This document shows positions 46,330 to 58,842 of a stretch of DNA of 64,000 nt, in pieces. The notes beneath the pieces are model-generated. The model ran no database searches and had not been told where the DNA came from. It saw only the letters and a list, made by a program, of their open reading frames with translations. The position numbers and the translations under genes are program-made. Every line of letters starts with the position of its first letter. Position 1 is the first letter of the stretch. The stretch is taken from assembly GCA_951406725.2 (NCBI GenBank), contig OX597835.1, positions 39,184,001 through 39,248,000 of the forward strand, written 5' to 3'. This DNA is from Octopus vulgaris. Taxonomy: Eukaryota.

Positions 46330-46745
46330 TTCAAATTTTGGTACAAGAGTAACAATTTCAGGAAGGAGTAAGTCGATTGCATCGGCCCCAGTACTCATAT
46401 TATCGACCTCGAAAGGATGAAAGGCAAAATCGACCTCGGTGGAATTTGAACTCAGAACCCGAAGACGGATGAAATGCTGCTAAGCATTTTGCCCGGCGTC
46501 CAAACGATTTTTATTTCTTTACTGCCCACAAGGGGCTAAACACAGAGGGGACGAATAAGGACAGACAAAGGGATGAAGTCGATTATATCGACCCCAGTGC
46601 GTAACTGGTACTAAATTTATCGACCCCGATAGGATGAAAGGCAAAGTCGACCTCAGCGGAATTTGAACTCAGAACGTTGCGGCAGATGAAAATAGGCTAC
46701 GCATTTCGCCCGGCGTGCTAACGTTTCTGCCAGCTCACCGCCTTT
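46330..46745 (-). mobile_element. Family B SINEs (an older and a younger copy adjacent)
   Basis: Family B body and head matches. Confidence 0.88.
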
Positions 46746-47034
46746 ACGTAAGCCTAAATAATAAACGATGTGGGAGTAAAAAAACATCACGTGGTAGAAT
46801 TGTGTCCACTGATTGGATGGCACATAACAAACAATATTTTCGAGACAGCCGAAGTTATCTTAGTTTATAATATGGTTTTCTTGTTAAGAGCCAGCGATGA
46901 GACGTCCTTTGTGTGGTCGTCCAATTAATATACTGGAAATAACAGTCAAATCATCCTCAAATCACAACCCCTCATCATAAAAGAATTCAAGGACGCGTTT
47001 AGTTTATATTCTCTGAAATATAAACTATATGAGA

Positions 47035-47135
47035 TGGTCTCTTTTGCTATCGGTCTGTTTTGCCGAACCGCTAAGTTACGGGGACGTAAACACACCAGCA
47101 TCGGTTGTCAAGCGATGTTGGGGGGACAAACAAAG

Positions 47136-47229
<94 letters not shown>

Positions 47230-47382
47230 GACAGGCTTCTTTCAGTGTCCGTCTACCAAATCCACTCACAAGGCTTTGGTCGGCCCGAGGCTATAGTTGA
47301 AGACACTTGCCCAAGGTGCCCCGCAATGGGACTGAACCCGGAACCATGTGGTTGGTAAGCAAGCTACTTACCACACAGCCAC
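47035..47382 (-). mobile_element. SINE family A, 3'-truncated
   Basis: Reverse-complement match. Confidence 0.9.
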
Positions 47383-47829
47383 AACGCAAAAATTAAGAAA
47401 ACCCATCTCTTTGTCACTCAGCACAGAGCTGTTTGAGTAGCTGCTCGTCTTAACTCTCCCTATCATAATAGAAGCATCCCTGCGATTAAACCAATCGTTT
47501 GTCCACTCTCCAACTATTTTCTAAATAACCGGATATGTTTAAGCTGAATGGGAATTTTTACTACAAAAGATCACAAGTTTTTGACTTTATAAATACGAAA
47601 ATGTGTAATTCATTCCCCGTAACATGTCTTATATAGCTGGAGTTAACATTGTCCTATGAAAGCTTTTATATATTTTTTTCTTTCTATGAAATATTGTCCA
47701 TTTTTAGCTTATATTTCACTAGTTTTAAAGGAACATGTGCTATTCAATTATACACACACACACGTATATATGCAAATACAAGTACGTGTGTGTGTGTGTG
47801 TGTGTGTGCAAACCAGATACAAAAACGAA

Positions 47830-47863
<34 letters not shown>

Positions 47864-48166
47864 TTATATTTCTCTATTTATATATATATACATATACATA
47901 CATATATATATATATATATTTGTATATATGAATATACATACATACCTGTATATATATATATATATATATCTGTATTTGTATTTATGAATATACATACATA
48001 CCTATATATATATATATATATATATATTTACAACGTATATATGTATGTATGCATGTATCTATATATATATATATATATATCTGTATTTGTATTTATGAAT
48101 ATACATACATACCTGTATATATATATATATATATATTTACAACGTATATATGTATGTATGCATGTA

Positions 48167-48220
<54 letters not shown>

Positions 48221-49025
48221 CATACATACATATGTATATGTTTATACATACGAGTATTGTATGTGTTTGTGTGTGCGCGCGAGCACGTGATGCCACAAGA
48301 GGAATGTCAAAAACGACCGAATGCTACGTCTTTAAAGAACATTAGAGGATGGAATTACTCTGTAACTGAAAAAAAAAAGCCAGTATTAACAGAGGTAGGC
48401 ATTATTAAACTAAGCATTCATCTCTCATTATTCTTATTTAACAGGAAAGCTACGTCACAAGGAATATGGTGGCTTCAGGCATAATATTTTAACATGGCAG
48501 TCGTTTTGCATTGGAATAAATGTCAATAATGAATCTACGTCTAACTAAAGTTAGTTTGGGAATATTTTATTTATTAGCTAAGAAAGTAAATCTATCTCCT
48601 GACGCTGAATTAATTAAATTTTGAACGGCAGCCATTAAATTTTATACGACAGCCATTAAATTCAGAACGACAGTCGAAGAAGTATGCCCAGATAAAAAAA
48701 AAACAGATTTATCAAAAATGTTGGTCTTTCTCTGAATGTAGCAAATAAGAGACAAAAGCGACACAAGGCGACGATATTCTGTGCGAATTAAATAATAGAA
48801 TAGACCATTTCTAGTGGTTTTGCCTCGTTCTTGGTAAATAAACATGCGTGTCTGAAGATTCGGTGTTGCTATTGTTTAATCGAGGAATTAGTACTAACTT
48901 TGAAATAACGGAAGAATTAGTTTGAAGATGCATCTTCTATAGGAAATCTATTGCCGAAGACATTTTTCAAAAGATGGAGGAAACATTGACTAAATACAAT
49001 ACAGTGTGTAAATAAATGTCTAAAG

Positions 49026-49257
49026 CAACGGCTCTCAACTAGCGTCCTTTTGACCGTTGGAGTTTATGTACAATAAATTGTTTATAAATCGATGATACTC
49101 AAAATATTTTTACATTTCTTTATAGAATTACTAATAATAATTAATTATAAAAAATATAATAGTTTTTTTTTTTTTAATGTCGAATGTTTATTAGGGCCCA
49201 GTAGAGTAAAATAGGAATCAAAGGATTCAATAAATAAAAATGGTTGAGAACCCACTG
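49026..49257. mobile_element. hAT (Charlie-like) MITE
   Basis: Imperfect TIRs caacggctctcaac / ggttgagaacccactg; related left ends cagtggttctca at ~55481 and ~56608. Confidence 0.65.
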
Positions 49258-49340
49258 GTCCTAATTTTCTGTGTCTGGTGTTGGAAAGGGTTTCATAGGA
49301 TAAGATTACAATGGCTGGGGTTCAATATACTTAGCACGGG

Positions 49341-49587
49341 AGGTGCTAACAGGTACTAACAAGTGTTAACAGGTGCTAACAGGTGCTAACGAGTGACAAC
49401 AGGTGCTAACAAATGTTAACAGGTGCGAACAGGTGCTAACGAGTGCTAACAGGTACTAACAAGTGCTAACAGGTGCCAACAGGTGCCAACAGGTGCTAAC
49501 AAGAGCCAACAAGTGCCAACAGGTGCTAACAAGTGCTAACAGGTGCTAATAAGCGCTAACAGGTGTTAACAAGTGCTAACAGGTGCT
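49341..49587 (+). repeat. 10-bp minisatellite (ARGTGCTAAC)n, about 25 units
   Basis: Exact 10-bp period with no indels. Confidence 0.97.
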
Positions 49588-49669
49588 TGCATAATGCTGG
49601 TACAGCTTTCAGGGTTATTAAGATGACAATGACTGGACCTTATGGTGTTTGTGCTAATATACCTAAACC

Positions 49670-49790
49670 CTTCGTTCCCTATGAAGCATAAGCCCTCGCC
49701 GACTTCTCTCCACTTTTCTCGCGTCTGAGCATTTTTAAGGCCTTCTTCTCCCAAGTCTTAGTGGTTATGAATTGTCATCAATGCTTCAGT
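49670..49790 (-). mobile_element. Possible RTE-type LINE extreme 3' remnant
   Basis: GLKNAQTREKWREVGEGLC resembles the RTE C-terminal AQDR..WR..V.ALC motif. Confidence 0.35.
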
Positions 49791-50149
49791 AAATTTGTTT
49801 TTCTTTTCTCTATGTAGGGGGTCCTAAGCAAAAAACGTGTTTACCTCAGGGAAGAGCTGGACCATATAAGTTTAGCGTCTATCTTTTCACCTGTCCAACA
49901 TGAGAAGCTCTACCAGGAACTTGTGCTCCGCTGAAATAGACAACACACAGCAACAAGGAGCTGACCTTGTGTTTGTGTCAAAAAGGGTTGTATTGTTCGT
50001 CTTTGTGGAAATATTTAGATCTTTCGTGTCTGATACAGACATTGGTACCAGCAGTGAACTCTGTTCGATAGTATGGATTCAGTCGTCGCTAATTTCGAAG
50101 GTTTTTTTTAGAAAAGAAATAGATGATGAATACCACGATTTAAAGGGTA

Positions 50150-50890
50150 AAGACCACCTTCGGTCATAGATTGATCCTAAAAAGTTACCCTCCGAGACAC
50201 AAGTCCAGGCAAGGTTGTTTGTGGAAGACCAGCAGTCACCCATGCATACCAGCCTCCCCTTTCCACGTCACTGATGTTATCTAAGGGAAAGGCAAGCTGG
50301 CAGAAACGTTAGTTCGCCGGGCGAAATGCGTAGCCGTATTTCGTCTGCTGTTACGTTCTGAGTTCAAATTCCGCCGAGGTCGACTTTGCCTTTCATCCTT
50401 TCGGGGTCGATAAATTTAGTACCAGTTACGCACTGGGGCCGATGTAATCGACTTAATCCCTTTGTCTGTCCTTGTTTGTCCTCTCTGTGTTTAGCCCCTT
50501 GTGGGTAGTAAAGAAATAGGTATTTCGTTTGTCTTTATGTTCTGAGTTCAAATTCCGCCGAGGTTGACATTGCCTGACATTCTTTCGGGGTCGGTAAATT
50601 AAGTACCAGTTACGCACTGGGGCCGATGTATTCGACTTAATCCGTTTGTCTGTCCTTGCTTGTCTGCTCTGTGTTTAGCCCCTCGTGAGTAGTAAAGAAA
50701 TAGGAAAAGCAAAGGCCGATACAACTCGACGCCAGTGACATCGCAACTCATTTCTACGGCTGAGTGAACTGGAGCAACGTGAAATGAAGTAACTTGCTCA
50801 AGAACACAACACGCAACTCGGTCCCGGAATCTAAATCACTACGTTCTGATTGCGATCCCAACGCTCTAACCACTGAGCTATGAGCCTTCA
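50150..50890 (-). mobile_element. SINE family C interrupted by a plus-strand family B dimer (50296-50704)
   Basis: C sequence breaks at gggaaaggcaa and resumes ggaaaagcaaaggccgatac. Confidence 0.88.
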
Positions 50891-51637
50891 CATAACGATT
50901 TACCGCATTGTTATAAGATGACTTAGCGACCGTAAAACTTACGCGCAATTTTTTTTTTTTTTTTGAACTTCAGATGTAGATTGAGCTGTTTTAGCCCTTT
51001 GTCTATCCTGTGTAACTCATGTAATACACGGGACATATTTTTCCTGGTGACCATACATCATATCTGATGCACATTCCCAAATTGTTTTCAACCACCAGAG
51101 CAAACTGGGACTTATGAAAGGAAAGCTTCCTATTACTCAGAACGTATGAATCAAAGGCTAATTAAAAGCCCGAAAACAAGCTTGGGCGTTTAGGAAATAC
51201 TTATGAAAATGAATTGGATTTGCAAAGACTTTAAGTGAGAAATATTGTGTTCATCCACTGCTTGTAATGGAATGGTAAATCACAGAGGAAATTGCCATTC
51301 TGAGCTGAATTAATGACATATTCTAGCGAGGGATTCTGAATTAATATGCAACGTATTGTCTGTAGTGAAAGCTTTTCGACATAACAATTTCTCATTCCCA
51401 GGTATTGATAACTAACATAAAGTCTTGATTTATGAAAATTATCTCCGCCTTGAGAAGTATCATAATTGCCGAATATCAATTAAGGCCAGCACCACTTGAA
51501 AATGGCATATAATCGAATGATTCAAGAATTCTTCGACCCTCTTAGAAATTAGAGATAAAATGGAACAATGGTCGTGTTGTTGACGGTTGGTGAGTCAGAA
51601 ACACGTGCTAACAACTAACCTGTCATCTCCAGACAAT

Positions 51638-52297
51638 AAGACCCCCTTCGGTTATGAATGACCATGGGGTTGCACCTAGAAACTTACCCTTCGAGACACA
51701 AGTCTGGGCAAGGTTGTTTATGGAAGACTAGCCGTCACCCATGCACACCAGCCTCCCCTCTTTACACTATTATATGTGACCGTGACCGTGACCGACCATG
51801 CTATCAGATGTTGTTACACACCGCTTGTCACAATGCGCTTCGCATTGTTTTAGCCTTCAAATGACGCCACCCCGCTGGCTAAGCGAGTAGGCCAACAGAA
51901 GAAAGAGTGAGAGAAAGTTGTGGCGAAAGAGTACAGCAGGGATCGCCACCACCCCCTGCCGGAGCCTCGTGGCGCTTTAGGTGTTTTCGCTCAATAAACA
52001 CTCACATGACCATGGGGTTGCACCTAGAAACTTACCCTTCGAGACACAAGTCCGGGCAAGGTTGTTTATGGAAGACTAGCAGTCTCTCATGCATACCAGC
52101 CTTTCCTCCAATGTTATCCAAAGGAAAGCAAAGGCTAATACAGCTTGGTACCAGTGATGTTGCAACTCATTTCTACAGCTGAGTGAATTGGAGTGACGTG
52201 AAATGAACACAACACACAGCCAGGTCCGGAAATCGAACTCACTGTCTCATGATTGTGAGTCCGACACTCTAACGGGCTTAACGCTGAGCTATGCATC
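51638..52297 (-). mobile_element. Composite: SINE C 3' part (51638-51770), SINE D-like (51775-52005), SINE C (52006-52297)
   Basis: atgaccatggggttgcacctagaaacttacccttcgagacac occurs twice; D core lies between. Confidence 0.82.
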
Positions 52298-52487
52298 CTG
52301 CTGAGTAACATTGTATCAGAGATCTTTCGGAGCAATCCCATTTCGGCCAGGACGGGTTGCTATTTCTTTACATTGAGAGATGATAGTAAAAAGAGGTCGA
52401 TTTTGTGACATTCATCCTTTCAGAGTAGATAAAATAAGTACCACTTGAGCACTAGGGTCGATGCAATCGACTTAACTCCACCCCAAA

Positions 52488-52573
<86 letters not shown>

Positions 52574-52612
52574 TATCATCATCATCATCATCATCATCAT
52601 CCTTATTATTTA

Positions 52613-52651
<39 letters not shown>

Positions 52652-52942
52652 TGCAGTCAGTCGTCGTGACTACGACTTTTCGTGGCTTTGGCATAATGAC
52701 TTGTTAAGCTTTCTCCATACTGGTCGCCTTCTCCCTTGGGTTTGCCGTTTATTACGATCAATTCCTTCCCACTTCATTCCTGTTAACAGTAGCTTTGAAT
52801 CTCAGTCTAGGTCTTCCATTGTTTTCTTTTTTTTTTTCTTCTCCCCTCGCATAATTAAGAGTAAATGCGTCGCCTGGGAAGCCTGTTGTTGTCCATCCTG
52901 TGTGCGTGTCTCGACCAACGTAAATTTCTGTCAATCAGGTTT
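52652..52942 (-). pseudogene. RTE (BovB-like) LINE ORF C-terminus and 3' end
   Basis: Minus strand DRNLRWSRHAHRMDNNRLPRRRIYS*LCEGR...NGRPRLRFKATVNR matches the RTE LRW.GH..RM...RLP....Y.EL..G.R..GRP..R(F/Y)K pattern; followed by an (AAT)n tail. Confidence 0.78.
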
Positions 52943-53444
52943 CTCCATCATAGGAAAAGAGAAACATATTATTAAATGTTTTATTCCAATATATAAACAA
53001 AACAATCTCTTTCCTCTTCCCGCCATTTATTACTCCTCACCCCACCCCCCTTAGCCAACCGCCTGCACACTTCTACCGTTGACCTGCAGTCAGTCCGTTC
53101 CCATTTCCTCAATACGCTTCCCTCGAAGCGACATCCGCAGCCATCTTTCTATTTTTTTTATAATTATGACACTCCCTGTTGTCCTCGTTTAAACTCATTA
53201 TTCCGCTCCTCCTCCGTCACCTACAGTGTCACATTGTCATTTATCGCTTCATCCTCTGGCCTCTCTCACCCTGACCTTTATTACTTTACCCACTAACCTA
53301 CTATTTTACACATCAATACAATAATATACATCGCGCGCACTGATTTATTCGAACAGAATTTGCTCCAAAATATACTTCGCATGTTTAGCTTCCTTTCCGC
53401 ATGTTCACATGTTTTAACATACCTCGCTTCTCCTCCCGACTTAT

Positions 53445-53473
53445 ATCCTCTCTCTCTCTCTCACTCTCTCTCT

Positions 53474-53522
<49 letters not shown>

Positions 53523-53832
53523 CCTTCTCTCTATCTTTCTCTTTCTCTCTCTCCCTCTCTCTCTATATCTTTCTCTCCCCCTCCCTCTCTCTTTCTCTTT
53601 CTCTCTCTCTTTCTCTTCCTCTCTTTCTCTTTCTCTCTCTCTCTTTCTCTCTCTTTCTCTTCCTCTCTCTCTCTTTCTCTCTCTCTCACTCTCTCTCTCT
53701 CCCTCTCTTTCTCTCTCTCCTCTCTCTCTTTGCGCCTTTCTCCCTCTCTCTCTTTCTCTCCCTCTCTCTCTTTCTCTCCCTCTCTCTCTCTCTTCTTCTC
53801 CCTCTCTCCCCTCTCTCTCTCTCTCTCTCTTT
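53445..53832. repeat. (CT)n-rich polypyrimidine tract
   Basis: Directly visible. Confidence 0.96.
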
Positions 53833-54451
53833 CCGGCCTTCTCTCGCAAAGGAAAATACACCCGTGCCTCTTCTCCTCGTGGTGTGTTGAATTATCGTAA
53901 ATCAAGTATGTTCAAGTTATCATCGTATTCTTATTTAGGACCGACGAGGGATCCATAAAAAATCTAAACATTAAATAATTGTTTACAAATATGGGTTTCG
54001 ATCCCTAAGCCCAGGTTTTGTCCAAAATGCATTGCAGAGCTTGCAATGAATTTATTGCATTGTTTTTTTACTACAAATTAATTGCAATTTTCTTTCGTCG
54101 CATTAGATAATTGCAATTAATTGCTATAAATTGCAATGCTCTCCAGAAAATCCCCCTTTAAGATTTTTACGCATCCAAAAATGTAATTTTTTGCAAAAAT
54201 TACTGTACATTTCTAATGAAAGCTCTCCTTTCTCAATTTTGATTGGTTTATTTCTTTGCTGCCCGAAAGACACCCACAATTTTCTAAAAATTCTTACACC
54301 GCCTGCCAGAATGACAAATCGACCGCCAATGCGATATGACCTAGGATGGAAAAACATGACAACAACACTCCCCTTAGGGCCCATACCACCCCAATCAAGA
54401 CAGAAAAAAAACGTATGAATGGAAAATGGACGGTTTCATACTATTAGCAAT

Positions 54452-54869
54452 AATATTTCTTTACTACCCACAAGGGGCTAAACACAGAGGGGACAAACAA
54501 GGACAGACACACGGATTAAGTCGATTACATCGACCTAAGTGTGTAACTGGTACTTATTTAATTGACCCCGAAAGGAAGAAAGTCAAAGTCGACCTCGGCG
54601 GAATTTGAACTCAGAACGCAGCGGCGGACGAAATACCTATTTCTTTACTACCCACAAGGGGCTAAACACAGAGGGGACAAACAAGGACAGACAAACGGAA
54701 TAAGTCGATTATATCGATCCCAGTGTGTAACTGGTACTTATTTCATCGACCCCGAAAGGATGAAAGGCAAAGTCGATCTCGGCGGAATTTGAACTCAGAA
54801 CGTAACGGCAGACGAAATACGGCTACGCATTTCGCCCGGCGTGCTAACGTTTCTGCCAGCTCGCCGCCT
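54452..54869 (-). mobile_element. SINE family B dimer with 17-bp TSD
   Basis: ttcatactattagcaat at 54435-54451 and 54870-54886. Confidence 0.94.
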
Positions 54870-55520
54870 TTCATACTATTAGCAATTAAAATGAGTATGC
54901 ATTTAACAATTTACATGAGGGGATTGGATGAAACGATGCGCGAAACAAGTTCGTTATCCCAAAGTTGGTCATTTACTCTTAAAAACAGTTGCATCTCCAG
55001 ATAGACGGGTGACGATTGATGTCTTGTATCATCGAAGGCATTCGCTGCTACACTGAAGAAACCTTTCAACCAAGTTAGTCGTTGGCAAAAGTTAATCGTT
55101 AGAAAGTTCGTTTCACAGCTATTCTTTTACTTGTTTCAGTCTTTTGACTGTGGCCATGCTGGAGCACCGCCTTTAACTGTATAATTTCGGTTTCAATTCT
55201 ATTTTGGTTACTATTTTCTACTAAAGCTTCGTATTTACCAAAACCTTGCCGGTGGAATTTGGTAAGAAAAACTGCACGGAAGCCTTTCGGAGTGACTATT
55301 TCTGCTTGGTTGGGGAAGCGGGGTCGAATTACGGCCCTTGTGGGCTTTTCGTGGTGTACATTCTGATGCGAATATTCGAGGTCAAGTCTCCACTCAGATG
55401 AACCTTCTGCCTTCTTCTCACAAGACACAGAGATGAGGAACAAGAAAAATATTATGGCCATTGCACGTTCACCACTAGACCAGTGGTTCTCAGCTGGGGT
55501 CTGTATGACCGTCACCAAAC

Positions 55521-55844
55521 TTCAGGCCCTGCTCCTATAGTAGAAAGGATATTAATAAAAATAAATGTTGCTGAAGCTGCTATCTAGTTCCAAGTAGTCC
55601 CTAATCTAGTTTAGCCTCGCTAGATTCTTTACATATTATAAAAAACCGTACATGCCCGTACATAAAACGTAGAAAAGCAAAACAAATTTAGTATGTTTCG
55701 TTATGCATTGAGTTGTAGTAAATTTAAAGTAGTTTTTGAGAGGAAAACATTTGATTTTATGCATGTAAATAGAATATAGTGGAATCAAGCACGAAATCAT
55801 ATACGGTAACATTATACTTGTCTTGAAAGGAAAATAAATTAAAT
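55521..55844 (+). repeat. Copy 1 of a ~324-bp near-identical dispersed duplication (copy 2 at 60244-60567)
   Basis: ttcaggccctgctcctatagtagaaagg...ggaaaataaattaaat. Confidence 0.93.
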
Positions 55845-56159
55845 ATTTAAATATTTAGATTTTGATCAAATTAAGTAAAGATTATTTGCCAACATAATGT
55901 GACTATCTTGGTTAGGCGAATGTTACTTGACAACCGATGTCAAGTCAGCGCTTGACAACCGATGTTGTCCATTTTCCATTCATACGTTTTTTCTGTCTTG
56001 ATTGGGGTGGTATGGGCCCTAAGGGGAGTGTTGTATGCATGTTTTTCCATCCTAGGTCATATCACACATTGGTGATCGATTTTGTCATTCTGGCAGGCGG
56101 TGTAAGAATTTTTAGAATATTCTGGGTGATCCAAACATCTTTCGGGCAGCATTGTGTGT

Positions 56160-56165
56160 GCGCGC

Positions 56166-56207
<42 letters not shown>

Positions 56208-56412
56208 TTGTGTGTCTGTGTCTGTCTCCCCAACATCGCTTGACAACCTATGCTGGTGTGTTTACGTCCCCGTCACTTAGCGGTTCGGCAAAAGAAGACC
56301 GATAGAATAAGTACTAGGCTTACAAAGAATAAGTCCTTTTAGTCAATTTGCTCGACTAAAGGCGGTACTCCAGCATGGCCACAGTCAAATGACTGAAACA
56401 AGCAAAAGAGTA
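56160..56412 (+). mobile_element. SINE family A 3' half
   Basis: (TG)n followed by the complete 3' module and tail. Confidence 0.87.
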
Positions 56413-56655
56413 AGCTAACCTAATACTGTGCTTTCTCTCTTTCGCTTTATTTATTTAATCATTTTGCACGACTTGCGAACGAGTTTGCCAGGCCCGATGC
56501 TTCTCATCACCGAAATTATTTTTTTTTAAAAGGTAGAAGGCAACATAATCAAACATGTCCTTCACCTTTTAGAGCCGATAGGGCATGAATTAACCCTTTG
56601 TCTACCCCAGTGGTTCTCAACAGGGGTTAATATGGTCCTTGGGGTTTCAGGTAAC

Positions 56656-57096
56656 TTAATTTAATTTAATTTAATTTAATTTAATTTAATTTTTAATTGG
56701 CTCAAAAAGGAAAAGCAAGGCCATGTAGGGGGACAGGGAGTTATGTACAGGGAGGGTGTTCATGCAAAGAGTTCAGGCCATTTCCGGTCGAGAGAGACTT
56801 TGAACCGAGCGGTCGTCGGCATCTTCACTATCTCGTCCGGCAGCTTATTCCACGGATCCGCAACCCGGACGGAGAAAGCCCTTCTCCTTCGATTGAGATG
56901 AAATCGTCGTAGATAGAGCTTTTCGGAGTGACACCGCAGTCCACGCTCGGGAGCAGGAGTGAAGAACAGCTCTTTCGAGAGGTTACACTTTCCGCTTATG
57001 ATGTTGTGAGCGAGAATGAGATCACCACATCGTCGTCGTTTTTCTAGAGAATAAAGGTCGAGCGTCTTCAGCCTTTCTTCATAAGACAAATGCTTG
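56656..57096 (-). mobile_element. CR1-group LINE, 5'-truncated: ORF2 C-terminus (56760-57089), 3' UTR and (AATTA)n tail
   Basis: SYEERLKTLDLYSLEKRRRCGDLI...RCHSEKL...RRRAFSVRVADPWNKLP matches the CR1 ORF2 C-terminal consensus Y.ERL..L.L.SLE.RR.RGDL...RGH..KL...FS.RV...WN.LP. Confidence 0.92.
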
Positions 57097-57177
57097 GTTA
57101 AAATTTAGGTGTAATAAATTTATTATACTTCCTCAATACACAAAATATTTCAACAATTTTTATACAGTTCCTGATAA

Positions 57178-57498
57178 CAAAAGGGTAAAGACCCCGTTCG
57201 GTCATGAATGACCATGGGGTTGCATCTAGAAAGTTCCCCTCCGAGGCAAAAGTCCGGACAAGGTTGTTTAAAGAAGACCAGCAATCGCTCAGGCATACCA
57301 GTCTTCCCTCTCCACGCCGCCGATATTATCCAAGGGAAAGGTAAAGGCCGATACAACTTGAAACCGAAACTGAGTGAACTGGATCAACGTGAAATAAAAT
57401 GCCTTGCTCACGAACACAACACACAGCCTGGTCCGGGAATCGAACTCACTACCACATGATTGTGAGTCAGACTCTCTAACCACTGAGTCATGCGCCTT
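57178..57498 (-). mobile_element. SINE family C, full length with 14-bp TSD
   Basis: Head aaggcgcatgactcagtggttagag...gagttcgattccc; TSD acagttcctgataa (57164-57177)/acaattcctgataa (57499-57512). Confidence 0.9.
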
Positions 57499-57701
57499 AC
57501 AATTCCTGATAATATTTTATCATGAATATAAATGGGACTTTTTAAACATCGAATGTCTATAGTGGTCTTTTAGAGTAAAGTAGAAATCAGAGGGCCATTG
57601 GCCTATACAAAGCATTTTGATAAGTTTGACCTTAGGGTCCATGCCTGTTTTTAGTCTTTTAGTTAACTCTTATTTCATACGATCTGAGTAATATAAAGCT
57701 T

Positions 57702-58129
57702 GGATCTTTTCGGATTGAACGGCAGTTTTTCTAGCGGTGTCATATTAAATTGTCACCCATAATTATGACCCTAGAATCGATCTATTGCATTTCAATCTCT
57801 TTTAGGGTTAGGGTTAGTTAGTTAGGGTTAGGGTTAGGGTTAGGTGTGGGGGGAAGGGTATCTTTTTTTCTTCACAAATGTAAATAAACCCAATCTGTTT
57901 CTTAAACGAGGGAATCTTCATACGGCACAGAATGCTTTTTAACTCAATAGACGTCATTGATTGGTTGAAATTGCAGAAATTGAAGAAAAAAAACAACAAA
58001 TATCTTACAAACTAAAGAATTTTCTCAATAAAGATGTTTTATAAACACATTCTACCAGTATACGAAGTTTAAAAATTTTTAGTTACTTAGAAATTATGTT
58101 AAAAACTGCCGTTCAAACCGAAAAGATCC
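57702..58129. mobile_element. MITE with 29-bp TIRs, perfect 8-bp TSD and internal TTAGGG repeats (Merlin-like by end structure)
   Basis: ggatcttttcggattgaacggcagttttt / aaaaactgccgttcaaaccgaaaagatcc; TSD taaagctt at 57694-57701 and 58130-58137. Confidence 0.9.
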
Positions 58130-58842
58130 TAAAGCTTTCCTTTTTATAAGTCTGAAGTTACTCTGCTGGTCGAAAACATTTGAGAATATGTATCATACAC
58201 GATGTATGGACGCCATGGAAAAATGTCCTATGAATTACATGTGATACACAGCGAAACAAGCAAAAGGTTAATGAAGATTTGGCTGCTATGTTTAGCTGGT
58301 CGGGCGGTTGCTTAGAAGCTCTATTTTCATCGGCTCCGTAGCAAAAAAAATATTTGGAGATCCGTAGAATGTCAACTTCAGGTCATAGCTAAAAATATAT
58401 TTGTTGTTGGCTCAGAAGAACTCACACACATACACCGAACCAAATTAATGTTTTCTGGTAGTTTACTTCAATTATGTTACGGATAAGGGGGGGAAGAGAA
58501 GCAGGAAAGGATGTGCAGAATGTTGTGTGTTCCAGGAAGTTACTATTCTAAATTTAAAGAAAAAAGCGCAATTGCCAAGATGATTAAGACAAGTGCCAAT
58601 CCAATGTGCAGTTTCGCAACGACTGAACACAGTAATTTCAAACGTGATGGACCGAGAAATAATTAAAAAAGAGACGGAAATAACAAAAAAAAAAATATTT
58701 ATTCATTTATTTATTTGTTGACTAAGGTAGTAAAATCCATTTATTTAAAGGTGACGTGAGGAGAGGCAATTAGTCTTGAGGGGGTAGAAGAAATCATGTT
58801 AGCATTTTTTTTTTACTTCTTCATTATTGCTATTATTATTTG

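Noticed and set aside
57802-57845. True telomere or chromosome-fusion scar
   Set aside because: Only about 7 units, in one orientation, enclosed within MITE TIRs
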